Position numbers and translations under genes: made by a program. Below the pieces are notes generated by a model, which was given only the letters and a program-made list of their open reading frames with translations, ran no database searches and was not told the origin of the DNA. Shown piece after piece: positions 26,696 through 37,454 of a stretch of DNA of 38,978 nt. The stretch lies in IMG/VR virus record IMGVR_UViG_2778261386_000007. One strand, written 5' to 3'. This DNA comes from a virus (taxonomy: Duplodnaviria; Heunggongvirae; Uroviricota; Caudoviricetes). How positions within the stretch are numbered: the stretch's first letter is position 1; each line of letters opens with the position of its first letter.

Positions 26696-27051
26696 TGGCC
26701 CGTATCGGGGGAACCTGTTATTTCAAAATTGACGGTCAGCAGCTATCGCTGACCGGCGGCATTGAGGTGCCCATGAACAGGACGGTCAATGATGACATCA
26801 TCGGCCTGGACGGTTCAGTGGACCGCAAGGAAACTCACCGTGCGCCCTATGTCAAAGGGACCTTCAAGGTGCCGAAGAATTTTCCGGTGAGCAAAATCAC
26901 CTCGTCTGATGAGATGACCATCACTGCCGAGCTGGCGAACGGTCAGGTCTATGTACTGTCGTCTGCCTGGCTGCACGGCGAAGCGAACCATAATGCCGAA
27001 GAAGGCACGGTTGATCTTGAGTTCCACGGTGAAGAAGGGGATTACCAGTGA
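26695..27051 (+). CDS. Tail tube protein (118 aa)
   Basis: Size and position directly after the sheath, with overlapping start. Confidence 0.8.
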   Translation: MARIGGTCYFKIDGQQLSLTGGIEVPMNRTVNDDIIGLDGSVDRKETHRAPYVKGTFKVPKNFPVSKITSSDEMTITAELANGQVYVLSSAWLHGEANHNAEEGTVDLEFHGEEGDYQ

Positions 27052-27371
27052 TTGAGCTTGTACTTAAAAAACCGATCATCGCCCACAAAGAAACACTGCA
27101 TGTGCTGGAAATACGTGAGCCTACGTATGACGAGATTGAGGCGCTGGGGTTCCCTTTCTCTGTTTCACCTGATGGTGGTATGAAAATGGACAGTCAGGTA
27201 GCGCTGAAATATATCCCGCTTCTGGCCGGGATCCCGCGCTCGTCTGCAGCGCAGATGACGAAGCTGGATATTTTCAAGGCAGGCATGATTGTAATGCGTT
27301 TTTTTACCGGCTTGGAGACGGAAGAGACCTCCGGAAGCGATTCTACAATGTCGCGTGGTTCTGGAAATTAA
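27048..27371 (+). CDS. Tail assembly chaperone (107 aa)
   Basis: Small acidic protein between the tube and tape-measure genes. Confidence 0.6.
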   Translation: MIELVLKKPIIAHKETLHVLEIREPTYDEIEALGFPFSVSPDGGMKMDSQVALKYIPLLAGIPRSSAAQMTKLDIFKAGMIVMRFFTGLETEETSGSDSTMSRGSGN

Positions 27372-27455
27372 ACCCCCTTGAACTTCGCCGGACGGCTATT
27401 TCCCACTTTGCTGATCTGGAGGCAGAGGCCGTCCGTATAAATGAGGAGATGAAGC

Positions 27456-29363
27456 ATGGCTGATAATTTTCAGCTGAAAGCCATCATCACCGCCGTTGAC
27501 AGGCTGTCCGGCCCGCTTAAAGGTATGCAGCGTCAGCTTAAGGGGTTTCAGAAAGAAGTCTCCAGCCTTGCTCTGGGCGCTGCCGGGGCGGGTACTGCAA
27601 TAATGGGGGCACTGGCACTCCCTGTAAAATCAGCCATCACCCTTGAATCGAAGATGGCTGATGTCCGCAAAGTGGTAGACGGTCTGGATACGCCGGATGC
27701 GTTTAAGGCCATGACGGAGCAGGTACGCGCTTTGTCTACTGAGCTTCCCATGTCTGCAGACGGGATCGCGGAAATTGTGGCGGCTGGCGGTCAGGCCGGG
27801 ATTGCACGTGATGAACTGATGCAGTTTGCCACTGATGCGGTGAAGATGGGCGTGGCCTTTGATACCACGGCTGAAGAGTCCGGGCAGATGATGGCCCAGT
27901 GGCGTACTGCGTTTAATATGACGCAGGATGAAGTGGCCGGGCTGGCTGACAAAATCAACTACCTTGGTAATACCGGCCCGGCGAATGCGAAGAAAATCTC
28001 CGATATTGTTACGCGTATTGGTCCTTTAGGTGGTGTTGCAGGTGTGGCTTCCGGCGAAATCGCGGCAATGGGGGCAACCATTGCCGGGATGGGCGTGGAG
28101 TCAGAAATTGCCGCCACAGGGATCAAGAACTTCATGCTTTCCCTGACCGCGGGAAATTCCGCGACAAAATCGCAGAAACAGGCATTACGTTTTCTGCGGA
28201 TCAATCCGAAGAAATTAGCTGCTGATATGCAGAAAGATGCCCGGGGAACCATGCTGTCTGTACTGGATGCGATGGCTAAAGTGCCCAAAGAAAAACAGGC
28301 AGCTGTGCTGAATGCCCTGTTCGGGAAAGAGTCTCTGGGCGCGATAGCACCTCTGCTGACTAACCTTGATTTGTTGCGTACCAACTTCAGGCGGGTTGCG
28401 GATTCCCAGCAGTATGGCAGTTCGATGCAGAAGGAATATGCTTCGAGGGCAGCGACGACGGAAAACCAGCTTTTACTTCTGCAAAATCAACTTGATGCCA
28501 TTTCTTCCACGCTGGGGGAAACGTTTCTTCCTGAGGTTAATGATGGTCTTGAAGCGGTAAAACCGCTCCTTGAGGAAGTGAGAACGTTTGTCCGTGAAAA
28601 CCCGGAGCTCGTTAAGACCATTGCTAAAATCGGTCTGGCCTTACTGACGGTGGGAGCCGCTGCAGGCTCTTTGTCCAGAATTATGAAAGTTCTCGGCGGT
28701 GTGATGAATATGACGCCTGCTAAGGGGCTGATTGCTCTTCTGGTTGGTGGCGCTTACCTCATTATTGATAACTGGGAAACCGTAGGTCCTGTCATAAAAA
28801 AAGTCTGGCACGTGGTGGATGAAACGGCGCAGGCGATGGGGGGATGGGAAACTGTTCTGAAAGCGATTGCCCTGTTTATGGCAACCAAATGGGTTGCTGA
28901 CGTTACCAAATCCATTACCGCAGTGACCAGAGAGATGCGTACGCTGGGGAAGGTATCGGCAGAAACGGGATTGATGGGGAAAGGCCGCGGCTTTATCGGG
29001 AAGGCCGGGGTATATGGTTTTCTGGGAACCCTGATGTATGAGCCGGTTAAAGATACTCTGGAAAGTGTTGTTCCTGAAGATACGGTTAACTGGCTGGATA
29101 ATAAAGGGCTGTTTCTGGCTTCAGACTGGACGCCTTTTTTTGATCGTAAAGAGTACGAGCAGTATCAGGCCAGCCTGAGTCAGTACAAACCCAATGTTCC
29201 GCTGTTGAATCCATCTTCTTCCATGACACAGCACAGCGAGCTGAAAGTCACGTTCGAGAATGCTCCGCCAGGTATGAAGATAATTGATGTACCGGGCAAA
29301 GCCGATCCCCTGATGAAAATCACGCACGATGTGGGGTATTCCCCTTTTCGTTTTCCACGATAA
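27456..29363 (+). CDS. Tail tape-measure protein (635 aa)
   Basis: Long Ala/Gly-rich helical protein with hydrophobic stretches, typical of tape-measure proteins; GAGGAG SD. Confidence 0.85.
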   Translation: MADNFQLKAIITAVDRLSGPLKGMQRQLKGFQKEVSSLALGAAGAGTAIMGALALPVKSAITLESKMADVRKVVDGLDTPDAFKAMTEQVRALSTELPMSADGIAEIVAAGGQAGIARDELMQFATDAVKMGVAFDTTAEESGQMMAQWRTAFNMTQDEVAGLADKINYLGNTGPANAKKISDIVTRIGPLGGVAGVASGEIAAMGATIAGMGVESEIAATGIKNFMLSLTAGNSATKSQKQALRFLRINPKKLAADMQKDARGTMLSVLDAMAKVPKEKQAAVLNALFGKESLGAIAPLLTNLDLLRTNFRRVADSQQYGSSMQKEYASRAATTENQLLLLQNQLDAISSTLGETFLPEVNDGLEAVKPLLEEVRTFVRENPELVKTIAKIGLALLTVGAAAGSLSRIMKVLGGVMNMTPAKGLIALLVGGAYLIIDNWETVGPVIKKVWHVVDETAQAMGGWETVLKAIALFMATKWVADVTKSITAVTREMRTLGKVSAETGLMGKGRGFIGKAGVYGFLGTLMYEPVKDTLESVVPEDTVNWLDNKGLFLASDWTPFFDRKEYEQYQASLSQYKPNVPLLNPSSSMTQHSELKVTFENAPPGMKIIDVPGKADPLMKITHDVGYSPFRFPR

Positions 29364-29387
29364 CGCAGTCCTTTTTGAGGTCAGTCT

Positions 29388-30764
29388 ATGGATTTATCCT
29401 CATTTCCCACCCGACCTTCATTACTTTCGTCGTCTTCAGGCTGGCGTGACAGACTTCAGGACGCGTCATTTCGCGGCGTGCCGTTTAAGGTTGAAGAAGA
29501 AAGTGCGGGAACCGGTCGCCGTGTGGAAACACACGAATATCCGAACCGCGACAAGCCCTATACCGAAGATCTGGGAAAAGTCACTTTCCGCCCGTCCATC
29601 ACAGCTTATGTGGTGGGAGATGACTGCTTTGACCAGCGCGATCGCCTGATTGAAGCGCTGAATAAACCCGGTCCCGGCACGCTTGTCCACCCGACATATG
29701 GTGAGCTGAAAGTCTGTGTTGACGGGGAAGTTCGGGTCAGCACATCGAAAAGTGAAGGGCGTATTGTCCGCTTTGACCTGAAGTTTGTCGAAGCAGGAGA
29801 ACTCTCTTACCCCACATCAGGTGCGGCGACGGCGCAGACGCTGATGTCATCCTGTTCTGCACTGGATTACTGCATCAGTGACAGCTTCAGCGGTTTCAGT
29901 ATCGATGGTGTGGCGGATTTCGTGCAGAACGACGTTATCGGTAATGCCAGCATAATGCTGGGGTATGTTTCTGATGCGATGAAAGTGGTGGATTCTGCCG
30001 TATCGGATGCCGCCAGGCTGTTGCAGGGGGATATCTCGGTACTTCTGCCGCCGCCATCGTCAGGCAAAAATTTCGTTGAGCAGGTGCAGAAAATGTGGCG
30101 TACCGGGAAACGCCTTTATGGTAACGCCAGCGACCTGGTCACCATGATCAAAACGCTTTCCGGTGTCAGCCTCGGCAGCGATCTGCAACCGCGCGGCGTC
30201 TGGAAAACGGACAGTAAAACCACCGCCACGGCGACGCAGCAGCGTAACGTGGTTGCCAGCACCCTTCGTACGACCGCAATCAGCGAAGCGGCGTATGCCG
30301 TCACCCGATTGCCTGCGCCAACAACTTCCGCGGTGATGCAGAATTCCGCAGTGGGGCAGGCAACAACACCCGCGCAGAGCACTGGCTGGCCTTCCGTCAC
30401 GCATCCGGCACTGAACAATGCACCGGCGGTGAAAAACACGGTTGACCTGCCGACGTGGGAAGAACTGACTGACATTCGCGACACACTGAATACGGCAATT
30501 GATAAGGAGTTGTCCCGTACAACCAGCGATGCGCTGTTTCTGGCGCTGCGCCGGGTGAAAGCAGATCTGAATGCGGATATCAACACGCGCCTTGAACAGT
30601 CTGCACGGATCATTCAGCGCACACCGGATGAGGTTTTACCCGCGCTGGTGCTGGCGGCGACCTGGTTTGATAACGCGGCGCGTGACGCGGACATTATCCG
30701 GCGTAATGCCATTACGCATCCCGGCTTTGTGCCGGTGATCCCTCTGAAGGTGCCAGTGCAATGA
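29388..30764 (+). CDS. DNA circularisation protein (Mu gp43/N-like, 458 aa)
   Basis: Position after the tape measure in a Mu-like tail module; size. Confidence 0.75.
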   Translation: MDLSSFPTRPSLLSSSSGWRDRLQDASFRGVPFKVEEESAGTGRRVETHEYPNRDKPYTEDLGKVTFRPSITAYVVGDDCFDQRDRLIEALNKPGPGTLVHPTYGELKVCVDGEVRVSTSKSEGRIVRFDLKFVEAGELSYPTSGAATAQTLMSSCSALDYCISDSFSGFSIDGVADFVQNDVIGNASIMLGYVSDAMKVVDSAVSDAARLLQGDISVLLPPPSSGKNFVEQVQKMWRTGKRLYGNASDLVTMIKTLSGVSLGSDLQPRGVWKTDSKTTATATQQRNVVASTLRTTAISEAAYAVTRLPAPTTSAVMQNSAVGQATTPAQSTGWPSVTHPALNNAPAVKNTVDLPTWEELTDIRDTLNTAIDKELSRTTSDALFLALRRVKADLNADINTRLEQSARIIQRTPDEVLPALVLAATWFDNAARDADIIRRNAITHPGFVPVIPLKVPVQ

Positions 30765-31840
30765 ACGACAATGTCACGCTACGGGTAAATGGCCGGGAGT
30801 GGAATGGCTGGACATCGGTGCGCATCGGTGCCGGTATTGAACGGCTGGCGCGGGATTTCAGTGTGGAGATCACCCGCCAGTGGCCGGGAGATGAGGGTAT
30901 CACCACGCTTCAGCCGCGCATTAAAAACGGTTCAAAAGTGGAAGTGCTGATTGGTGATGAGCTGGTGATCACCGGCTGGGTGGAGGCGACGCCCGTTCGT
31001 TACGATTCCCGTTCGGTCAGCACCGGTATTGCCGGGCGTAGTCTGACCGCTGACCTGATTGACTGTGCAGCCGAACCGACACAGTTTAACGGACGCTCGC
31101 TGGTGCAGATTGCGCAGGCGCTTGCTGCGCCTTTCGGCATTGAGGTGGTGAACAGCGGTGCGCCGTCGGGTGTTATTCCTGATGTTCAGCCTGATCACGG
31201 TGAAACGGTGATTGAGGTAATCAACAAAATACTCGGTCAGCAGCAGGCACTGGCTTACGACGACCCGCACGGCAGGCTGGTGATTGGCGGTATTGGCTCA
31301 ACGCGGGCACATACTGCGCTGGTACTCGGGGAAAACATCCTTTCCTGCGATACGGAGAAGAGTATCCGGGAGCGGTTTTCTGTTTACCAGGTGGCGGGGC
31401 AGCGTGCCGGAAACGACGATGATTTCGGTGAGGCCACCACCACCGCGCTGCGGGCCCGCACAGAGGACGCATTTATTGCCCGTTACCGTCCGATGTATAT
31501 CAGGCAGACAGGGCAGGCTACGGGGGCAGGCTGTATTGCCCGTGCGGACTTTGAAGCCCGGCAACGGGCGGCGCGGACGGATGAAACCACCTATGTGGTG
31601 CAGGGCTGGCGACAGGGTAACGGTACGCTGTGGCAGCCCAACCAGCGGGTGATTGTCTTTGATCCGGTCTGTGGTTTCGACAATACCGAACTGCTTGTTT
31701 CGGAAGTCACGTTTACTCAGGACCAGAACGGCACCCTGACGGAAATCCGTGTCGGCCCGCCTGATGCTTATCTGCCTGAACCCGAAGATCCCGGCGCGCG
31801 GAAAAAGAAAAAAGCCAGAGTACAGGAGGACCCGTTCTGA
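30761..31840 (+). CDS. Baseplate hub protein (Mu gp44/P-like, 359 aa)
   Basis: Synteny and size; overlapping start. Confidence 0.78.
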   Translation: MNDNVTLRVNGREWNGWTSVRIGAGIERLARDFSVEITRQWPGDEGITTLQPRIKNGSKVEVLIGDELVITGWVEATPVRYDSRSVSTGIAGRSLTADLIDCAAEPTQFNGRSLVQIAQALAAPFGIEVVNSGAPSGVIPDVQPDHGETVIEVINKILGQQQALAYDDPHGRLVIGGIGSTRAHTALVLGENILSCDTEKSIRERFSVYQVAGQRAGNDDDFGEATTTALRARTEDAFIARYRPMYIRQTGQATGAGCIARADFEARQRAARTDETTYVVQGWRQGNGTLWQPNQRVIVFDPVCGFDNTELLVSEVTFTQDQNGTLTEIRVGPPDAYLPEPEDPGARKKKKARVQEDPF

Positions 31841-32388
31841 TGAGGGCGATTGAAACCATACAGCGACAACTTCTCGGCCTGATTGGGCGGGCAGTGGTGA
31901 AAAGCATCAGTGCCGCCACGAAATGTCAGACCGTGGATGTGTCCCTGATTGCCGGTGAACCCAAAGCCGGGGTTGAACATCTTGAACCCTACGGTTTTAC
32001 CGCAAGGGCAAACAGCGGTGCGGAAGCGGTGGTGTTGTTTCCGGATGGCGACCGTTCTCATGCGGTGGTTGTTACGGTGTCGGACCGGCGCTACCGCCTG
32101 AAAGGGCTGCAGACGGGGGAGGTGGCTGTCTATGACGATCAGGGGCAGTCTGTGACGCTGACCCGGGAGGGGATCGTGGTGGACGGTGCAGGGAAAACGA
32201 TCACGTTTCGCAATGCACCTGAAGCACGTTTTGAAATGGATCTGGAAGTGACCGGACAGGTGAAAGACCTGTGCGACTCCGGCGGCACCACCATGTCAGC
32301 GATGCGGCTTGCCTATAACGGGCATCGTCACAGAGAGAACGGTCAGGGCAGTAACACCGACAAACCTGATAAAGCGATGGAGGCATGA
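31840..32388 (+). CDS. Baseplate spike / assembly protein V (Mu gp45-like, 182 aa)
   Basis: Synteny and size. Confidence 0.72.
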   Translation: MRAIETIQRQLLGLIGRAVVKSISAATKCQTVDVSLIAGEPKAGVEHLEPYGFTARANSGAEAVVLFPDGDRSHAVVVTVSDRRYRLKGLQTGEVAVYDDQGQSVTLTREGIVVDGAGKTITFRNAPEARFEMDLEVTGQVKDLCDSGGTTMSAMRLAYNGHRHRENGQGSNTDKPDKAMEA

Positions 32389-32813
32389 TGGAACTGTGGC
32401 TGACGGTGAACGGTAAACGCACCTGCGCCAGCGCACCGCTGGATCCGCTGACCCGCGCCGTGGTGATTTCCCTGTTTACCTGGCGGCGGGCGGAGCCTGA
32501 TGACAACGCCGACGTCCCGATGGGATGGTGGGGGGATACCTGGCCTGCGGTACAGAATGACAGTTACGGCTCCCGACTGTGGCTGCTTCAGCGCAGCAAA
32601 CTGACCAATCAGCTGGTGCAGACGGTAAGGGGGTATATCCGCGAATGCCTGCAATGGATGATTGATGACGGCGTGGTGTCCCGTATTGATCTGGATATCC
32701 GCCGCACCGGGATTAATGAACTGGGTAACAGTATCACTCTCTGGCGTCGTGACGGACCGGTAATGATTTCTTTTGATGATCTGTGGAGTGCGATAACGCA
32801 TGGCGGACAGTGA
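32385..32813 (+). CDS. Baseplate protein (Mu gp46-like, 142 aa)
   Basis: Synteny and size. Confidence 0.68.
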   Translation: MMELWLTVNGKRTCASAPLDPLTRAVVISLFTWRRAEPDDNADVPMGWWGDTWPAVQNDSYGSRLWLLQRSKLTNQLVQTVRGYIRECLQWMIDDGVVSRIDLDIRRTGINELGNSITLWRRDGPVMISFDDLWSAITHGGQ

Positions 32814-33858
32814 ATTTCAGCGCCCGACGCTGGCAGAAAATATCAGTATGCTCCGTAACGATTTATTCGCCAGGCTGGACGTCAGCGACACGCTCCGGCG
32901 CATGGATGAAGACGTGCGGGCAAAGGTGTATGCGGCGGCGCTGCATACGGTTTACGGGTACATCGATTATCTGGCAATGAACATGCTGCCTGACCTGTGC
33001 GATGAGTCCTGGCTGGCGCGACATGCTGCGATGAAACGGTGTCCGCGCAAGGGGGCCACGACTGCCAGCGGGTATATGCGCTGGGAAGGCGTCAGCGATG
33101 GCCTGAAGGTGACCGCCGGGAGTGTTATTCAGCGCGATGACCTGGTTCAGTACACGGCAACTGCCGATGCAACCAGCGCCGGTGGTGTCCTGCGCGTGCC
33201 GATCGCCTGCTCAAGTGCAGGCGCGGTCGGTAACGCTGACGACGGTACGTCATTAATCCTGGTCACGCCGGTTAATGGTCTGCCGTCTTCCGGCGTGGCA
33301 GACACTCTGACAGGTGGATTTGATACTGAAGATCTGGAAACGTGGCGCGCCCGCGTCATTGAGCGGTATTACTGGACTCCTCAGGGCGGGGCTGACGGGG
33401 ACTATGTTGTCTGGGCTAAAGAAGTGCCCGGCATTACCCGCGCATGGGCATACCGTCACTGGATGGGAACGGGGACTGTCGGTGTGATGATTGCCAGCAG
33501 TGACCTGATTAATCCCATTCCGGAAGAATCAACGGAAACGGCGGCAAGACAACATATCTGGCCACTGGCCCCGGTGGCAGGCTCTGATTTGTATGTGTTC
33601 AGGCCGGTGGCGCATACGGTGGATTTTCATATCCGTGTGACGCCGGATACACCGGAAATACGGGCTGCCATCACCGCGGAGTTGCGTTCGTTCCTGCTGC
33701 GTGATGGTTATCCGCAGGGAGAACTGAAGGTGTCGCGTATCAGTGAAGCGATTTCCGGTGCGAACGGGGAATACAGCCATCAGTTGCTTGCACCGGCGGA
33801 AAATATCTCCATTGCAAAAAATGAACTGGCGGTTCTGGGGACGATTTCATGGACGTGA
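32800..33858 (+). CDS. Baseplate J-like protein (Mu gp47-like, 352 aa)
   Basis: Synteny and size. Confidence 0.78.
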   Translation: MADSEFQRPTLAENISMLRNDLFARLDVSDTLRRMDEDVRAKVYAAALHTVYGYIDYLAMNMLPDLCDESWLARHAAMKRCPRKGATTASGYMRWEGVSDGLKVTAGSVIQRDDLVQYTATADATSAGGVLRVPIACSSAGAVGNADDGTSLILVTPVNGLPSSGVADTLTGGFDTEDLETWRARVIERYYWTPQGGADGDYVVWAKEVPGITRAWAYRHWMGTGTVGVMIASSDLINPIPEESTETAARQHIWPLAPVAGSDLYVFRPVAHTVDFHIRVTPDTPEIRAAITAELRSFLLRDGYPQGELKVSRISEAISGANGEYSHQLLAPAENISIAKNELAVLGTISWT

Positions 33859-34433
33859 CAAACGATGATTACATCCGTCTGTTGTCGGCACTGCTGCCGC
33901 CCGGTCCGGCGTGGTCAGCCAGCGATCCGGCGATTGCCGGTGCGGCACCGTCATTAACCCGCGTTCATCAGCGTGCGGATGCCCTGATGCGGGAGCTGGA
34001 TCCGCGCACCACCACCGAACTGATAAATCGCTGGGAGCGTCTGTGCGGCCTGCCGGATGAATGTATTCCCGCAGGAACACAGACCCTTCGCCAGCGTCAG
34101 CAACGACTGGATGCGAAGGTTAACCTGGCGGGCGGCATCAACGAGGATTTTTATCTTGCACAGCTTGCTGCCCTGGGCAGACCAGATGCCACTATCACGC
34201 GATACGACAAAAGCACGTTCACCTGCTCATCGGCCTGTACTGACGCTGTGAACGCGCCTGAATGGCGGTATTACTGGCAGGTCAACATGCCAGCCGCCAC
34301 CAACACCACCTGGATGGCATGTGGCGATCCCTGTGATTCCGCACTGCGTATCTGGGGCGACACAGTTGTCGAATGTGTGCTTAACAAACTCTGCCCGTCG
34401 CATACCTACGTAATTTTTAAATATCCGGAGTAA
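33849..34433 (+). CDS. Tail protein (Mu gp48 / DUF2313 YmfQ-like, 194 aa)
   Basis: Synteny and size. Confidence 0.68.
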   Translation: MDVTNDDYIRLLSALLPPGPAWSASDPAIAGAAPSLTRVHQRADALMRELDPRTTTELINRWERLCGLPDECIPAGTQTLRQRQQRLDAKVNLAGGINEDFYLAQLAALGRPDATITRYDKSTFTCSSACTDAVNAPEWRYYWQVNMPAATNTTWMACGDPCDSALRIWGDTVVECVLNKLCPSHTYVIFKYPE

Positions 34434-34436
34434 TCC

Positions 34437-35219
34437 ATGCATCGTATAGACACGAAAACCGCGCAGAAGGATAAGTTCGGCGCGGGTAAGAACGGTTTTA
34501 CCCGTGGTAACCCCCAGACCGGCACGCCTGCCACCGATCTGGATGATGACTACTTTGACATGTTGCAGGAGGAGCTTTGCAGCGTTGTGGAGGCGTCCGG
34601 TGCCAGCCTGGATAAGGGGCGGCACGACCAGCTACTTACCGCGCTTCGCGCGCTGCTGTTAAGCCGCAAGAATCCGTTTGGCGATATCAAATCGGATGGC
34701 ACGGTGAAAACGGCTCTCGAAAACCTTGGTTTGGGAGAAGGCTCAGCATTACCCGTTGGCGTGCCTGTTCCGTGGCCTTCAGCCACTCCGCCAACAGGCT
34801 GGCTGAAATGCAACGGAGCAGCTTTTTCTGCTGAAGAATACCCGGAACTGGCAAAGGCTTATCCGACAAATAAATTACCTGATTTACGCGGTGAGTTTAT
34901 TCGTGGCTGGGATGACGGACGTGGAGTGGATAACGGAAGGGGATTATTAACGCTTCAGGACGGTGCGATTGTCAGTCATAACCACTATTGGGGAATCTGG
35001 ACTTCACGAACTAACGACCAGACTCTGGGAAGTTTTACAGGCACCACGATTTTAAAACAAATCACGCCCCTGTCTCCAGCCATTGACTTCGATAATTACA
35101 AAATTCCCAACCAGTCTATTACAGAGGGTGGTGTTGTTGCGGCAACGACTAAACCTGCAGGTGCGAATGAAACGCGCCCACGAAATGTCGCTTTTAACTA
35201 TATTGTGAGGGCTGCATAA
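34437..35219 (+). CDS. Tail fibre protein (260 aa)
   Basis: N-terminal region resembles conserved tail-fibre attachment domains; followed by a Tfa-type chaperone gene. Confidence 0.68.
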   Translation: MHRIDTKTAQKDKFGAGKNGFTRGNPQTGTPATDLDDDYFDMLQEELCSVVEASGASLDKGRHDQLLTALRALLLSRKNPFGDIKSDGTVKTALENLGLGEGSALPVGVPVPWPSATPPTGWLKCNGAAFSAEEYPELAKAYPTNKLPDLRGEFIRGWDDGRGVDNGRGLLTLQDGAIVSHNHYWGIWTSRTNDQTLGSFTGTTILKQITPLSPAIDFDNYKIPNQSITEGGVVAATTKPAGANETRPRNVAFNYIVRAA

Positions 35220-35830
35220 TGAATAACGCAGAATTAAACAGTGAATTAATTGCCACTATGGCAGGAGAAATTACTGTTTATAACTTTGATGTCGTGAGTC
35301 GGGAGTATATTTCAGCTTCAACTGAATATCTTGCTGTTGGTGTCGGCATTCCGGCATATTCCTGTTTAGATGCTCCAGGCGCATACAAAGCTGGTTATGC
35401 AATCTGCCGTTCTGCAGATTTTAACTCATGGGAATATGTGCCAGACCATCGCGGTGAAATCGTCTTTAGCACCGAAACAGGAGAATCAAAAGAAATCACA
35501 GCTCCGGGTGATTACCCTGATAATACAACCACTATCGTCCCGTTAACACCATACGATAAATGGGATGGTGAGAAATGGGTGACGGATACCGAGGCACAAC
35601 ATAGCGCCGCAGTCGATGCAGCAGAAGCACAACGCCAGTCGCTGATTGATACTGCAATGGCTTCCATCAATCTGATTCAACTAAAATTACAGGCCGGACG
35701 GAATCTGACGCAGGCAGAAACCAGCCGACTTAACACGGTGCTGGATTACATTGACGCGGTGACGGCAACAGATACCAGCACCGCGCCGGATGTCATCTGG
35801 CCTGAGTTGTTGGATGCACATAATATGTGA
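35219..35830 (+). CDS. Tail fibre assembly chaperone (Tfa-like, 203 aa)
   Basis: Position directly after the fibre gene with overlapping start; Tfa-like size. Confidence 0.72.
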   Translation: MNNAELNSELIATMAGEITVYNFDVVSREYISASTEYLAVGVGIPAYSCLDAPGAYKAGYAICRSADFNSWEYVPDHRGEIVFSTETGESKEITAPGDYPDNTTTIVPLTPYDKWDGEKWVTDTEAQHSAAVDAAEAQRQSLIDTAMASINLIQLKLQAGRNLTQAETSRLNTVLDYIDAVTATDTSTAPDVIWPELLDAHNM

Positions 35831-36109
35831 TTTTGAGTGCTATTGAAGCATCAATAAGAATTAACAGTACTTTTATCCTCGGGACACAATATTACTCATT
35901 ATGGTGTTAAGGCAATAACATAGCCCCTGCATTGCCTGAAGTTACATATTTTTGTAATCATTATTTAGCTTCCCTGTTCATAGTGGAACACCATAAAAAT
36001 AATATTTATAATTTATATTTACCATAAGGATATAAAAGAACCTCCGGAAATGGCGAAGGTTCTTTATTGTTATCTATAAACCACCTCTTGATTAGGTGAC
36101 AATTGATTA

Positions 36110-37258
36110 CTAAGTGTTTTTTATTATGCCCCTGATTTTCATAGCGGTTTGTTTTGTTATATTAATGAAAGGTAGTTCAATTAATTTAAATGTTATGCAT
36201 GATAAAAGTGTGACGCAAAAAGCAGTAATGCTTATTAACATAATAAAAAAATAATTAGAATAATTACTAGGGATGACCCATGTCATTACACAATAAAGGA
36301 ATACTCCATGTAAAAGATAAATACTATATGTTGTTTCACCAAGTTTTCTTGTTAAATTTAATCTCAATATACCATAAAAATCACAGCCTGATGCGATAAG
36401 TATAAAGCAAACACCGCAAATTATGAGAGGGAGTGGAGCGTAGGTTGTAGGAAAATATATCATTTCGTAACTTAGTAATGCAATTATCATAATAGGCGTT
36501 ATTTTAGCTTTAGCAACTCTATGTACATAATTATTTGAATAAGAGGCTAACAGTCCAAATAAAAATGAAATAACATGTATTTTTTTTGATGGGTAACATA
36601 AGAAAATCACTAGAACTAAAACACTTATTATAATCATGTGGATGCTGACTCTTCTTTTGAAGAGTGCAGCTATAACCGGTAATGAAAAATAAAAAAACCA
36701 TTCGTAAACGAGGGTCCATGTTACAGCTGCATTGATAGTGAATGAGTCCTTAACACCGTTAATATTTGGCATCCCTAATGCGGTGAATGGTGCCCATCTC
36801 ATGAGTGACACAGTAAGAGAGGCAGGGGAGACATGTACGCTCCATCTTGATTTAAAACCTATAACAAGAAGAACTAAACATAAACTTACAATAAACATAG
36901 GAGTTAATCGCAGAAATCTCGATATATATAGTCTTACCCAATCCTGGTCACTTGAGCGGATCTTCGAAAAAAATAGATATCCGGTGATCATGAAAAAGAA
37001 TGAGACACCAACTTGGCCTAAATTTGTTAATAAGTTTGATGACGGAGTTTTCCATACCCCGGTTAATAAGTAGCCATGCCAAATAGCGGCATGATGAATA
37101 AGTACGAAGATGGCTAAGAATCCTCTCATTCCATCTATCTGATTATTTCTTCCATGATCGACAAGTTGTATAGGAGAAATTTCATCAAATAATTTTACAG
37201 CCAATAATGACAAGATTATCACGGATGTTATTAATAATAGGTTATCAATTTCAAACAT
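36110..37258 (-). CDS. Acyltransferase-3 family integral membrane protein, O-antigen O-acetyltransferase-like (382 aa)
   Basis: Strongly AT-rich; many TM helices; N-terminal motif IDGMRGFLAIFVLIHHA typical of acyltransferase-3 (Oac/OafA-like) enzymes; reverse orientation at the prophage right end. Confidence 0.8.
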   Translation of the reverse strand: MFEIDNLLLITSVIILSLLAVKLFDEISPIQLVDHGRNNQIDGMRGFLAIFVLIHHAAIWHGYLLTGVWKTPSSNLLTNLGQVGVSFFFMITGYLFFSKIRSSDQDWVRLYISRFLRLTPMFIVSLCLVLLVIGFKSRWSVHVSPASLTVSLMRWAPFTALGMPNINGVKDSFTINAAVTWTLVYEWFFYFSLPVIAALFKRRVSIHMIIISVLVLVIFLCYPSKKIHVISFLFGLLASYSNNYVHRVAKAKITPIMIIALLSYEMIYFPTTYAPLPLIICGVCFILIASGCDFYGILRLNLTRKLGETTYSIYLLHGVFLYCVMTWVIPSNYSNYFFIMLISITAFCVTLLSCITFKLIELPFINITKQTAMKIRGIIKNT

Positions 37259-37454
37259 TTAATATAACTCACTTTAATATGCGTAGTCTTATTGCTTAGA
37301 GATGGTGATTTTGCAATTGTATGTACCAATGGTAAAGACATTTGTCATTGATATTGTGTTAAATTTAGTCAGTTGAATTGAGGTTATATACTCAGATTTG
37401 GGCTAATGGAACGTCGGTAAAGAATGAATGTCAGGGCTGAGATTCAAACTGAAT

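Noticed and set aside
19370-33800. Many antisense ORFs within head and tail genes (for example 19941-20516, 23495-23962, 24422-25012, 30116-30613, 32343-32801)
   Set aside because: All lie fully inside long, syntenic, well-supported structural genes on the opposite strand in GC-rich DNA; no independent start signals.
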